A stretch of DNA of 41,003 nucleotides, from positions 1 through 41,003 of the IMG/VR virus record IMGVR_UViG_3300033076_000432. The stretch is one strand, 5' to 3'. Below the pieces are notes generated by a model. The model saw nothing but the letters and a program-made list of their open reading frames with translations. It was not told where the DNA came from and searched no databases. A program made the position numbers and the translations under genes. The first letter of the stretch is position 1; every line of letters starts with the position of its first letter. This DNA is from a virus (Duplodnaviria > Caudoviricetes). This document shows, one piece after another, positions 14,373 through 24,230 of the stretch.

Positions 14373-16037
14373 CGCCTGTGCCTGCGGAGACAATCGGCCA
14401 GCCTGCATCAGCGCAGCGGCCTTTTGCGGATCTAGCATGGCCTCGGCCAACTCGGTAGCCATCTTCTGATTGGCGTCCTTGTAGGCAATTTGCCCCGCCC
14501 GCTGGGCGACGTTGCCGACAATCCCCGCTGGTCCAAAGTTGCGCAGGAATTGCGGCACACCGGCCTGATCCAGCAGGTTGCTATACGCCATCTTCTGCAC
14601 CGTGTCGGAACCCACTCCGCGCCCGGCAGTCTGAGCAAAGTTTGCCCGCTGCAGGTCTTTCAAGATTGCGTCCACCAAAGCCTGCTGCCGCTGGTCCAAA
14701 ACCTGCGACAGGTTCTTGCCGACAACCGATTGCGCCACTTTGTCAGTAGCTGCGTTGGCATAGGCCGATGGCGTCAGGTTGCCGGTTACCTTGTTGGTCG
14801 CACGGTTGGCAATCTCAGTAAGCAAATCGGCTTGATTCACCGGACGAGACATTTGCGCGTAGGCCTGACGCGCTGCGCCGTACTCGGGGATTTGCTGCTC
14901 CAACTCTTTCAGAAACGCCCCAAGCGTGTCCCGCGTTGCCCGCAATTCATTGCCGACGACACCTGTAGCAGGCGCACCGCTAGCGATATCATCCATCGCC
15001 ATCTTGATGTAGTGCGCCGTCTTGCCTGACAGGTTGGCCAAATCCAGCGTTTCGCCCTTCTCTAGCGCGAGCTTCTCCGCACGCTGAACCGCCGCTTGCA
15101 TGGATGGCCGTTGCATCAGCGCGGCAAGTTGCCCGGTCATGTTCACAGCTTGCGGGTTGGCAGCGCCATACAAGGCGTTTGCCGTGGCATCCCGAGCCGC
15201 CACCGCCGCAGCCTTGTCCGGGGTGATGCCCTGTAGTGCTGCAATACGGGCTTGATTCTGCTGCGCAAGCCGCGCCGCCATTTGGTTAGCCACCACAGGG
15301 TCAACAGCCGTTGCGGTCCTCTCCAAGGCTGCAATGCTCGGCACGCCAGCCGCTTGGCCCACTGTCGGCAAAGAGCCTTGCACGATTGGCTGCGCGTTTT
15401 GCAGATTGGCGATGACTTGCGGCGCTTGATCGCCTGCAGCAGCATTCAGCACTCGCCCTGCAATTTGTTTACGCCCGGATTCGTAGAACGGCTCCAGCAA
15501 CGATTTGCCGGTCTTGTAGGCCGTGATCGCAGTTGGCACAGCCGCACCCGCCACGCCGCCGATGCCGACGTTCTTAAGCGTTTCCTCGGTGCTGGTGGAC
15601 GGCTGCAGCAGCCCCATGCCCGCACCCAGCGCGGCAGAGCCTGCAATCGTGTTCACGCCAGGAATGGCGGCAGTCGGGGCGGCGATGGCAACATTGCCCA
15701 ACAGGTTGCCGGTCATGCCCGCGCCCGTGTTCATCAGCGCAGCGTCACGCTTGCGAGACTCGGCCACATCGTCGCGGCTCACCAGCGGCGTGAACTGCCC
15801 GATGCCTCGCGCAACGTCATATACCGCCTTGCCGAATCCAGCCCGCACCCTGTCCAGCGTGGACATGCCATTGGTCGGGTCGTAATCAATGCGGTCTTGC
15901 GCACTCAGCCCCGGCTTCTCTTTGGGCTGCGCCTGCTGGCCGCTGATGACGGCACCCAACTGCTCCGCAGTGGCACCGGCAGGCCCCTCGATCTGGTAGG
16001 TCTTGCCGTCAGGCGCTTGAACGGTATAGATGGGCAT
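14295..16037 (-). CDS. Internal virion / DNA ejection protein
   Basis: ATG 16037; YTVQAPDGKTYQIEGPAGAT N-terminus; Ala/Gly-rich helical protein; third of three ejection-type genes. Confidence 0.7.
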   Translation of the reverse strand: MPIYTVQAPDGKTYQIEGPAGATAEQLGAVISGQQAQPKEKPGLSAQDRIDYDPTNGMSTLDRVRAGFGKAVYDVARGIGQFTPLVSRDDVAESRKRDAALMNTGAGMTGNLLGNVAIAAPTAAIPGVNTIAGSAALGAGMGLLQPSTSTEETLKNVGIGGVAGAAVPTAITAYKTGKSLLEPFYESGRKQIAGRVLNAAAGDQAPQVIANLQNAQPIVQGSLPTVGQAAGVPSIAALERTATAVDPVVANQMAARLAQQNQARIAALQGITPDKAAAVAARDATANALYGAANPQAVNMTGQLAALMQRPSMQAAVQRAEKLALEKGETLDLANLSGKTAHYIKMAMDDIASGAPATGVVGNELRATRDTLGAFLKELEQQIPEYGAARQAYAQMSRPVNQADLLTEIANRATNKVTGNLTPSAYANAATDKVAQSVVGKNLSQVLDQRQQALVDAILKDLQRANFAQTAGRGVGSDTVQKMAYSNLLDQAGVPQFLRNFGPAGIVGNVAQRAGQIAYKDANQKMATELAEAMLDPQKAAALMQAGRLSPQAQALIQGLRRAGAAGGAAVPALVNANQE

Positions 16038-16039
16038 TT

Positions 16040-17674
16040 TCAACCACCTGTTACGCCAATGATCTTGAAGCCTGCGGGCGCTTGCGCGGGCGCTGCTGGT
16101 GCGGACGGCAGTTTGACGCGCAAGTCAAACGGCAGTTTCAAACCGCCTTCAACCGCTTGATCAACAGATCGGTTATGTGAATCCACGGTGCGCCGCGCCA
16201 TCGTTTCACGCCAATCAAGAATGCGTTGCATGGCCTTGGCATCTTTGCCAATGCTGCCCACGATTTCATTGATGCGCTCGGCGTCAGCGTTGGAGGGATT
16301 CGCCCCCAGCGCCTTGGCCTGTTGCAGCAATCCAGCACCGAGAACCGATTTCAGGTAGTCGGTGTTTGCGGCCTTTTCGGGGTCAAGCTGAATCCCAAAC
16401 GCTCCCGCAAACTTCACCGCAGCCAGCTTGGCATTTGCCCCCGTCCCCTGATATGCGCCGCCTGCAATGGCTTTGCGAGCCTCTGAGATGTTGATGAGGT
16501 CATCAGACGCAGCGCGTGCTTTATCGCGTGCTTCAAGCAACGCATCTGCCGACTTGGTAGCAACGGAATTGCCAAACTGCCGCGCCGCGTCATCCTGCAA
16601 CGGAATGCCGGGGGTTTTGAGTCCAGACGGGCTGGGCACACTGCTCGCGTTAGCGGGCAGTCGAGCAATTTCCCGTTGGAGAGCGGCAACAGACTCCATG
16701 TCCCCGGAGGCTTGGGCTTTGACAAGTTCTTGTCTGAGGATCGCCAGCGCATCTGCGTTTTGTCCAGGCGTTGAAGCCGCCGGTTTCCCTGCTGGGGCAG
16801 GCACCACATTCGGCGTGGGCAACCCATTGGGCTGCGAAATGCCGCCAGACATCTGCGCCGCTTGAGCGCGGGTAACCATCTTTTTGCCTTCCGGCGTGTC
16901 AATGGTCACCATGTCAAACTGAGCCGGGCCGCTCGCTTGCGCGGTGGACATCGCAGCGGTCGTTTCCGCAGCACCTGGCACCTGTTGCGCGACGGGGCCG
17001 CTTGCCCCATACACAATCTGCATGCCTTTGTCGGGCGCGTTGAAAATCGGCTGCTTGGTCACCGCGTCATACACGGTGCCGCCAGGGCGCACGTTCATGG
17101 GTTCAATGAACCCCTTCTTGAACTGCTCGGCGTTGTAGTTCGCCTGTTGCTGCGGAATTCCGATGCCAAGCTCACGCGCACGCGATGCGTCAGCGGTCGG
17201 CGCGAGTTGGTTCGCCAGAATCTTCATGTACTCAGGAATGCCCACCGCCAGCGCCGTGGTGGCGCTTTCCTGCGGCGATCGTCCCGGCAGAGTCTTGTAC
17301 ATAGGCTCTGGCGTGCTGGGCTGTCCCGTAGCCTGCGGGCCATCGAACTGCGGCGCACCCGTGGGCTGCGCACCAATGCCGAATGCCTTGTACATCTGCT
17401 CGCTTTGCTGGCGTGCCAACTCAGCCTGTTGTGCAGGCAGGTCGTCCAGCATCTTGCGCCCCATGTACATCTTCAGCGCACCCGCCAGCCCCTGCGTCCA
17501 GCTTGGGGCGACGTAGTGGTTACCCACCATGCCGCCCTGCGGCTGCTGCATGCCCTGCTCCATCAGAGCCTTGGCATAAGCCGCCGCCTGCTGCTGCTGC
17601 AGTTGCTTCGCGATGACATCGGGGCCGAGAACCGCCGCCGTCAGCGCATCAGTCTGTGCCGGTTGAGTCGCCAT
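16040..17674 (-). CDS. Internal virion / DNA ejection protein
   Basis: 544 aa, Ala/Gln/Pro-rich; GMVGNHYVAPSWTQGLA motif; position in the module. Confidence 0.7.
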   Translation of the reverse strand: MATQPAQTDALTAAVLGPDVIAKQLQQQQAAAYAKALMEQGMQQPQGGMVGNHYVAPSWTQGLAGALKMYMGRKMLDDLPAQQAELARQQSEQMYKAFGIGAQPTGAPQFDGPQATGQPSTPEPMYKTLPGRSPQESATTALAVGIPEYMKILANQLAPTADASRARELGIGIPQQQANYNAEQFKKGFIEPMNVRPGGTVYDAVTKQPIFNAPDKGMQIVYGASGPVAQQVPGAAETTAAMSTAQASGPAQFDMVTIDTPEGKKMVTRAQAAQMSGGISQPNGLPTPNVVPAPAGKPAASTPGQNADALAILRQELVKAQASGDMESVAALQREIARLPANASSVPSPSGLKTPGIPLQDDAARQFGNSVATKSADALLEARDKARAASDDLINISEARKAIAGGAYQGTGANAKLAAVKFAGAFGIQLDPEKAANTDYLKSVLGAGLLQQAKALGANPSNADAERINEIVGSIGKDAKAMQRILDWRETMARRTVDSHNRSVDQAVEGGLKLPFDLRVKLPSAPAAPAQAPAGFKIIGVTGG

Positions 17675-18858
17675 CAGAGTGCTCCGTAATCCACCATCAG
17701 GTAGCCGCTCGGGTGAACAGACACCGCAGCGGGGTTGATGCGGGCCACCTCTTGCGCCATCACGCCAACCTCAACGCGGCCGAACTTCTCGTAGATGTAC
17801 CAATCGTGCCCGCGCCACTTGCCCAGCGGCTGAATGTTGCGCTTCAAGCGACGGTCAGAAAAGAACTTGGAGCCGATGCTGCCAGCGGGTGCGCCGAGAA
17901 CCGCTCCACCCAGCCCAAACAACCCGCTCATGAAGTTCCCGCTAGCGGCGTTCTCTGCGTTGCTAGCTCCAAGCGCGGCGTTGTATTGCATGTTTGCCGC
18001 CCCGAGCATGTCCGGGCCTGCCGTGGTCGCCTGCTGAGGGACGGCGTTAAAGGTGGGATTGGTCACCTGTGCGCCCGTGCGCAGCGCGTTGAGTTCGTTC
18101 AGCGGCTGGCTGCGCAGAGCAGATGCAAGCTGGAACGTCTGCGGCATCGTGTTAATGGCAGCGGTGTTGGCCTGTTGATACGCATCGTTCTTGCCCTGCG
18201 TGAACACGCGCATGGCGTTGTCGTAGGCTTCCGAGCCGACAGGGATGCCCTGATTGCGCAATTGCGTCTTGTAGGCCGCTTCTGCCTGCTGCCACTGAGG
18301 ATCAAGCCTCGAGGTGTAGCCCTTGTATGCCTGATCCTGAACGTCCTGAATGCTGGAGTAGTCAAACGGCTTGGCCTGCGTCTGCCCAACGCGATCCAGC
18401 GCCCCGCCCTGCAGGTTGGCTAGCCCGATGCTCGTCTGGTTCTGCGCGTCCAGAAGCGCCTTCTGCGACGGGTCAAGCGTTACATCCGCTTGCCACGCAT
18501 CGGGGTTCGCTCCGGTGATGAAGTCCTCACGTTTCGGAGCGGGGCCGGTGTTGGCCGTGTACCCACCGGGCACCCAAATTTGCGTGCCGTCAGAGCCATT
18601 CGGCCCCGGCGTGCCGCCTTGCATCTCGTAGTGCCCCGGCGTCTGCGTACCCTGCTGGTACGACTTCATCGCCGCGTCGTAGGCAGACTGATTGAAGGTG
18701 CCCGGTTGGGTCTGCGAATATTTCAGCGAGCCATAGGGCGTGTTGTAGTTCACCCGGTTAGCCTGAGCGGCCATCCGCGCCGCCTCAAGATTGCCCTGCG
18801 CGGTCTCTTTCGCTGCGGCAGCGTAGTCCGGCTGCGGTGGCGTTGACGCCTTGCCCAT
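17674..18858 (-). CDS. Ejection/pilot protein with a C-terminal peptidase S74 (intramolecular chaperone)-like domain
   Basis: MGKASTPPQPDY N-terminus; Gly-rich segment, then FSDRRLKRNI...GVMAQEV...GYLMVDY. Confidence 0.75.
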   Translation of the reverse strand: MGKASTPPQPDYAAAAKETAQGNLEAARMAAQANRVNYNTPYGSLKYSQTQPGTFNQSAYDAAMKSYQQGTQTPGHYEMQGGTPGPNGSDGTQIWVPGGYTANTGPAPKREDFITGANPDAWQADVTLDPSQKALLDAQNQTSIGLANLQGGALDRVGQTQAKPFDYSSIQDVQDQAYKGYTSRLDPQWQQAEAAYKTQLRNQGIPVGSEAYDNAMRVFTQGKNDAYQQANTAAINTMPQTFQLASALRSQPLNELNALRTGAQVTNPTFNAVPQQATTAGPDMLGAANMQYNAALGASNAENAASGNFMSGLFGLGGAVLGAPAGSIGSKFFSDRRLKRNIQPLGKWRGHDWYIYEKFGRVEVGVMAQEVARINPAAVSVHPSGYLMVDYGAL

Positions 18859-18862
18859 GTGC

Positions 18863-19270
18863 TTACCCCTTCAAAAAGCGGCACTGCTGCCGCGTCATGC
18901 TGTACACGATCAAGTCCTCGACTTTTCCGGCGTCCTTGATGACGCACTCGCGGACAAACCCCAAATGCTCGTCAAACCGCTGCGCATCGTGGTTGGTGCT
19001 GTCCACCAGGCCAATGATCTTTCGCACGCCCAACTGTTCAAACGGATACCAGAAGCACGCCCGCAGGAATTCCCGCGTCATCCAATGCCTGGAGCCGTCC
19101 GACGCCACATGCATCTGCACGCTGCGCCCGTTGTACTCATTGAACAGCACCCCAGCCACCAAGACGCCATGCCGCGCCCAGCCCAGTGCGGTGCAACTGC
19201 CCGACAGGTAGTCATGCCCATTGCGATCCGCAACCCACGGCCCGACGATATCGGCGTCGGTGACTATCAC
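18863..19270 (-). CDS. GNAT-fold protein of podovirus tail modules
   Basis: FWYPFEQLGVRKIIGLVDSTNHDAQRFDEHLGFVRE motif; lies between the tail nozzle and ejection genes. Confidence 0.75.
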   Translation of the reverse strand: MIVTDADIVGPWVADRNGHDYLSGSCTALGWARHGVLVAGVLFNEYNGRSVQMHVASDGSRHWMTREFLRACFWYPFEQLGVRKIIGLVDSTNHDAQRFDEHLGFVRECVIKDAGKVEDLIVYSMTRQQCRFLKG

Positions 19271-21033
19271 GCCAGCACGCCGCCCATCTCGTACACGTAA
19301 TCGGTGGACGCCCAGCGCAGTTCAGCGCCGTTGTTGGACACCTTCATCCGCATGGACGCGGAGTAGCCAATGCCAGCGGCGTACTGCCAGTTCTTGTTGA
19401 CAACGAGCGAGCCGCCCCAAGTCATCGAACCCCACACCATGGAGCCCCACACCATTCCGCTAGACGGGCTGGAGAACGTCAAAACGCCCGTTGGGATGCT
19501 CGTCTGGTCATAGTCGTAGTTCACCCCAATCAGCACCGATGGAGAACCGCTGCTGTACATGATGGGCCGCACCATCGTCATCTTCTTGGCTTGGGTGCGC
19601 GAGCCAAAGCTGTTGAACGCCGGGAGACAGTCAGCCATGATCTGCGCGCCGTTGTCGAGGTCGCCGCTCCAAGCCAACCCAACCACACCCGTGCCGCCGA
19701 AATAGAGGCTATTGGCCTGCACTTCCCAGCAGCGAGCATTCCAGCCGGTGAACTTCGTCCACGCCCCGGTGATGGTGTTCATCGCAAACTGGTAATTGCC
19801 CGACGCACTCGGGACGTTCACCAAGAGCATGTTCTGAACCGGGTACGGGATCATCTGCCAGCCGAAGGTGCTTCTAGCAGCGGCCACCGCGACTTGCATC
19901 GCCGGGAGAATCTTGTCGGTCAAGTCCGATTTCATCGTCACCTGAGCGGTGAGGATGGAATTCGACATTGGCTGCACGCCTAGGTCGGTAATCACGTAGA
20001 TGTCGCCCAGATACTTGATCTGGCAGCGGTTCCCGATGGGGTTACCTTCTCGGAACAGGCCCACCAGTGACCATGTGGTTGAACTGCTCGGGTCGGTGCC
20101 CTTGTACACCAGCACTTCGCCCTCGGACGAGAAGAACACCGCGTTGTCGTCAATACCGATACCGACGTCAATCGTCCATGTGCCCATCGCCTGCAAGGTG
20201 CCGCCGCTGGGGAACAGTGAACCGAACGGGAACTTTGTCGCCGCACCGGAAATGGCATCGGTCGCCAGATACCACCCATTCAGGCTGTTCTTCTGAACAA
20301 ACCACACCCGCGCCTTGAAGGTGTTGATGTTCACCAGCGACTTTGGCGAGATGCCAGTGATGTTCTCCTGCACCACCACGCTCGATACCGTCGAAGTGCC
20401 CACCGTTGCGTTGGCATAGGTAAACGTGTTGGCACCCGTGCGGGTGATCGTCACCCCCGCCGCATCCAAGCCCGCAGGAGCCGAGCCGGTGATGGTGACG
20501 GTGTTGCCAGTCAGCAACCCATGAGGAGTGGCCGTGGTCACGGTAGCCGTGACACCGTTGCCCGTGATGGTGCTGGGCGTGAACGCAGCCCCATCGGTGA
20601 CGGCTATCCACTTGGTGCCGTCGTACCTGAGCATCCAATCGTTACCGTTCACCGCCAGCAGGAACTGGCCCCCGGTGGTGGTCACGCTCAGATACTGCCA
20701 TTGCCCGTTGGTCAGGCCGGTAATAAGCGCCGCCCCGACCGCACCGCTTGAGGATACGTCGTACACACTGCCCGTTGAGGTGAACGCGAACAGCTTGCGC
20801 GTCCCGCTGGAGCCGTTGTACGCCATGATGGTGTCCACCGTGCCAGGAAGCCCGGTAGCCCAATTGGTGTAGCCCTTGCGCACCTGAACATCAACAGGTG
20901 TAGGCCACCAGTTCTCCATGACGACAGCCTCTGTAGGCTTCATCTCGGCCAGCGAGTCGCGCACGTTCCATCCACCAACAGGCGCAGGCAGGCTCACCGT
21001 GCGCGGAACACGCTTCGGAGCTTGCCGGTACAT
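19267..21033 (-). CDS. Tail nozzle / tail tubular protein B-like
   Basis: 588 aa; LPAPVGGWNVRD start; beta-propeller-like composition; position after the adaptor. Confidence 0.7.
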   Translation of the reverse strand: MYRQAPKRVPRTVSLPAPVGGWNVRDSLAEMKPTEAVVMENWWPTPVDVQVRKGYTNWATGLPGTVDTIMAYNGSSGTRKLFAFTSTGSVYDVSSSGAVGAALITGLTNGQWQYLSVTTTGGQFLLAVNGNDWMLRYDGTKWIAVTDGAAFTPSTITGNGVTATVTTATPHGLLTGNTVTITGSAPAGLDAAGVTITRTGANTFTYANATVGTSTVSSVVVQENITGISPKSLVNINTFKARVWFVQKNSLNGWYLATDAISGAATKFPFGSLFPSGGTLQAMGTWTIDVGIGIDDNAVFFSSEGEVLVYKGTDPSSSTTWSLVGLFREGNPIGNRCQIKYLGDIYVITDLGVQPMSNSILTAQVTMKSDLTDKILPAMQVAVAAARSTFGWQMIPYPVQNMLLVNVPSASGNYQFAMNTITGAWTKFTGWNARCWEVQANSLYFGGTGVVGLAWSGDLDNGAQIMADCLPAFNSFGSRTQAKKMTMVRPIMYSSGSPSVLIGVNYDYDQTSIPTGVLTFSSPSSGMVWGSMVWGSMTWGGSLVVNKNWQYAAGIGYSASMRMKVSNNGAELRWASTDYVYEMGGVLA

Positions 21034-21737
21034 CAGACGCCCCAGTTACCCGTCGGAACGAGAATCACCGGCTGGATGTCGTACTGTGCCCCATCAAGGT
21101 TAAGCACCGGCTTGGACGCATCCCGGCCCGCCAAATCCATGTACCGCTTCTCGTACTTCTCATAGTCCGCAGAGAAATCCAGCCCCTTGGCCTGTCTCCA
21201 GCGCCAGATAAGCCCCATGATGGACAACTGGTCATCGAGCAGGATGGTGTCGGCGTCATTGGTGAACGTGGCCGATGATCCCCCCGCACTGGTGCTGATC
21301 CAGTAGGTGGTGATGTACTCGAAATAGCACGACTGCCCCGCCGCAGGAGCGGGATAGAACAGCAGGTTGTCGCCCCGAACGCGATACGAGTTGAATGGGC
21401 CATTCAACTGCATCGCCTTGACTTGCTGCCAATCCTGCTCCGACTTCGGCCCGTAGACAGGACGGCGCAAGGTGCGGTTCCAGATCGTGTCGTTCACGAT
21501 GTAGTCCCAGCCTGGTGCGATGGTGGACATCGCGCCCTGCGTCTCCGTTGCTACCGTTGTGAACGTCGCCTCCCGTTGGAGGTTCTGCCACTGGTAACGC
21601 GCCGCCTGCTCGGTGCCTTCTTCCTCCAGCAGCGCCAGCATTTGCAGCACGGCGGGGTCGGTGGCAGTCATCACCGCCACGGGGCTATTGAGCCCCAAGC
21701 GGCGGCACGCGGTCTGTACCAGTGACAGCAGGTTCAT
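21033..21737 (-). CDS. Head-tail adaptor (tail tubular protein A-like)
   Basis: MNLLSLVQTACRRLGL...WQNLQRE...GLIWRWRQAKGLD; position in the module. Confidence 0.7.
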   Translation of the reverse strand: MNLLSLVQTACRRLGLNSPVAVMTATDPAVLQMLALLEEEGTEQAARYQWQNLQREATFTTVATETQGAMSTIAPGWDYIVNDTIWNRTLRRPVYGPKSEQDWQQVKAMQLNGPFNSYRVRGDNLLFYPAPAAGQSCYFEYITTYWISTSAGGSSATFTNDADTILLDDQLSIMGLIWRWRQAKGLDFSADYEKYEKRYMDLAGRDASKPVLNLDGAQYDIQPVILVPTGNWGV

Positions 21738-22364
21738 TTAGGCTTCCTCGGCTTCCTCACGACGCGGGCGTCCACGGCGCGGCGGTTCGTCCATGCGGTC
21801 GGACAGCGCCTGCACCTTTCGCATCAGCGTCTCGATCTGTTCCTGTTGACGGCGAATCGTCTCGTTCGCGTCGGCCAGTTCCTTCACCACGGGCGACAAA
21901 TCCTTCTTCGCCTGCAACTCGGCACGCGCCATGTCGCGGATCACCCGCCCGTCCATGCCGATGTCGCCCAGCGCCGAATCCGGCACGCTTGCCAAGTCCT
22001 CCACCGTGGGGAACTTGCGCGCCAACTGCTCGCGGCGCGACTTCAAGATGCGCTCCCACAGCAGCGTCGGGGTGCCTGCGCGGGGAAGTTCCTTGCCTTC
22101 ACGAAACGCCATCAGCGCCGCTTTGAACTCGGCCACCCACTGGTGCGGGTAACGCCCCTGCTTGGCTTCGATGCCCTTGCGCTCAATGAACTCATCCGCA
22201 AAAAACTCCATCGGGTCGCCCCGGTGGCCGTGCGGCGTGATGAGGATGAACGTCACCATCCGGGGAACCTCGTAGCCCGCTTTGCGGCTGGCCTCGGGGT
22301 CTGCACCGCATTCGCGGTCTTGAAAAGTGAAGTACGGAATGCGCTCGGTCGAATCCATCAGCAT
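21738..22364 (-). CDS. Conserved hypothetical protein downstream of the capsid genes
   Basis: 208 aa; HhH-like TVEDLASVPDSALGDIGM, coiled coil, RRGRPR tail. Confidence 0.7.
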   Translation of the reverse strand: MLMDSTERIPYFTFQDRECGADPEASRKAGYEVPRMVTFILITPHGHRGDPMEFFADEFIERKGIEAKQGRYPHQWVAEFKAALMAFREGKELPRAGTPTLLWERILKSRREQLARKFPTVEDLASVPDSALGDIGMDGRVIRDMARAELQAKKDLSPVVKELADANETIRRQQEQIETLMRKVQALSDRMDEPPRRGRPRREEAEEA

Positions 22365-22415
22365 GAGAGTTCCTTCTGTAGAGAGAGGCTTTGTTGTTGA
22401 CTCGGGTGAGCCAAC

Positions 22416-22447
22416 AAAAAAGCCCCCCGGCTTGTGGCCGGGAGGCT
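22416..22447 (-). terminator. Intrinsic terminator after the capsid/decoration genes
   Basis: Minus strand AGCCTCCCGGC-cacaa-GCCGGGGGGCT followed by a T run. Confidence 0.85.
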
Positions 22448-22466
22448 CTCTGTAAGGGCTGTGTCG

Positions 22467-23186
22467 TTAGACGACCTGGCCCTGTGCGAACGGACGGTTG
22501 ATGACGCCCGAGCCGAAACCGGTGTAGGTGCCGGTGATGGTCACCAAGCCGGTTGCGGTGGAGTTGCGGCCCGACGCGGTGCCGATGGCAGAACCAACGT
22601 ACACGCGCTTGCCGTCCGGGTCAAGAGCAGCCACCACCGTGGTCGAGCCGTTGATGCCCGTGCCGGTGACCGTGATGCCCAGGAAAAAGCCGTCGTAGCC
22701 GTTCGGGAAGTACAGGACATTGCTGCCGTTGTACGTCTGCGCAGTACCCGTCACGGTGCCGGTAGCGGCCACGCGGTTACGCACGCCAAGCAATTGCTTG
22801 CCGTTGGCGAGAGTGCCCGCGATACCCGCAGCGGCCACCGCGATAGCGGTATCCGCAGAGACCGTGGCGTTGGTCTTGTACACCGCACGGCCCGCAATCT
22901 GAATCCAGCCGTAGGTGCCGGAAGCCATCGGGGCCATCGCAACGCCGAACGGGAAACCCTGACCGGCCGTGCTGGGCAGGAGAGCGCCGTTAAACGACTC
23001 ATCCCACATCACCAGCGAACCCTTCAGGATCGCGTCGTTGGACTTGATGTACATGAAGACGCCGTGGCCCCAATAGGGATCGACGCCAGCGACTTCGATG
23101 CCGAGCTGGTTGCGCTGGGTCGTGTCGGGCACGAACCAGTCGTTGAAGGGCGTAACGCCCGCAACCGGATTGACTTGCGAGAACAT
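22467..23186 (-). CDS. Capsid decoration/cement protein
   Basis: Directly after the MCP, strong RBS; GVAMAPMASGTYGWIQIAG motif. Confidence 0.6.
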   Translation of the reverse strand: MFSQVNPVAGVTPFNDWFVPDTTQRNQLGIEVAGVDPYWGHGVFMYIKSNDAILKGSLVMWDESFNGALLPSTAGQGFPFGVAMAPMASGTYGWIQIAGRAVYKTNATVSADTAIAVAAAGIAGTLANGKQLLGVRNRVAATGTVTGTAQTYNGSNVLYFPNGYDGFFLGITVTGTGINGSTTVVAALDPDGKRVYVGSAIGTASGRNSTATGLVTITGTYTGFGSGVINRPFAQGQVV

Positions 23187-23213
23187 GTTGTTGTTCCTTT
23201 CCTTGGTTGTGGC

Positions 23214-24209
23214 TTACGCCTTCATCACGCCTTGCAGCGAGCGGTTGGACACCACGGCGTTGCCCTGCCACAGGATGCTCTTGACAATCGCATCCTGGTT
23301 GATCGACTGAACGTCGTCCATCATGGTGATGTTGGCGTCCTGGTGGACAACCATCTCCAGATAGTCGGTGTTCAGGAAGTACGCATGCGCGGCAGGGATG
23401 CCGCCCGACGAGTCAAAGAACACGTCGGCGGTCTTGTACTTCATCGAGATCATGCCGCCCGCACCGTTGTCATCCGGGGCGTACCGCTTGAGGCTCGTCT
23501 GCGATTGCTCGTAGAACGTGAAGTAGTCGTCCGACATGACGATCAGGTCAGGCGTGTCGGTGCCGCGAGTCAGGCGAATCCACAGCGGGAGCATCAGCGA
23601 CTCGATGGTCGTCGCGCTCGGGGTGATCGCAGAGCCGCCCTGCAGCGGGGCCGCTGCGGACTGCACCACGTTCTGCCAGAACGCATACGTCGAGGAGTTG
23701 ATGCCGCCCACAGTGCCGGTGCCCGCATCCGCGATCAGGGCCTGCAAGCCGTTGATCTGGTTGGTCGCGGTGCCGTCGCTGTAGAGGTCGGTCGAGAGCC
23801 CGTTCGCAAAGCTGTGCTGCGCGTTGCGCACCTTGGCCTTGACGAAGTTGATGATGCGCGACTCACCCGAGTTCGTGCGCATCTCCAGACCGCTGATGGC
23901 GAGGTTCACCGCCACCTGACGCCACGGGTATTCCGCAGCGGACAGCACGTCCACGGCGTTGATGTTCAACACATCAAAGCCCGAGTACCGCTGATAGGTG
24001 GAGTTCGCCGCGTATTCCAGCGGTGCGACGATGGACAGGCCACCGTCTTCAAGACGCACTCGGCCCGATTCCGTCAGACGACGATAAAGGGCGTTGTGTT
24101 TCGACACGTTGTCGCGCACGGTCTTGTCGTGCTTGCGCCAGGTGGTCGTAACGAGTTCCGAGAACACGTTAAACGCACCAGCGGAATAGCCGCCGCCAGG
24201 AGAAGCCAT
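23214..24209 (-). CDS. Major capsid protein
   Basis: 331 aa after the scaffold; DNVSKHNALY, YSGFDVL, LYSDGT..QINGLQ and YFLNTDYL motifs. Confidence 0.85.
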   Translation of the reverse strand: MASPGGGYSAGAFNVFSELVTTTWRKHDKTVRDNVSKHNALYRRLTESGRVRLEDGGLSIVAPLEYAANSTYQRYSGFDVLNINAVDVLSAAEYPWRQVAVNLAISGLEMRTNSGESRIINFVKAKVRNAQHSFANGLSTDLYSDGTATNQINGLQALIADAGTGTVGGINSSTYAFWQNVVQSAAAPLQGGSAITPSATTIESLMLPLWIRLTRGTDTPDLIVMSDDYFTFYEQSQTSLKRYAPDDNGAGGMISMKYKTADVFFDSSGGIPAAHAYFLNTDYLEMVVHQDANITMMDDVQSINQDAIVKSILWQGNAVVSNRSLQGVMKA

Positions 24210-24230
24210 GATGATTCCTTTCGATTCTGG

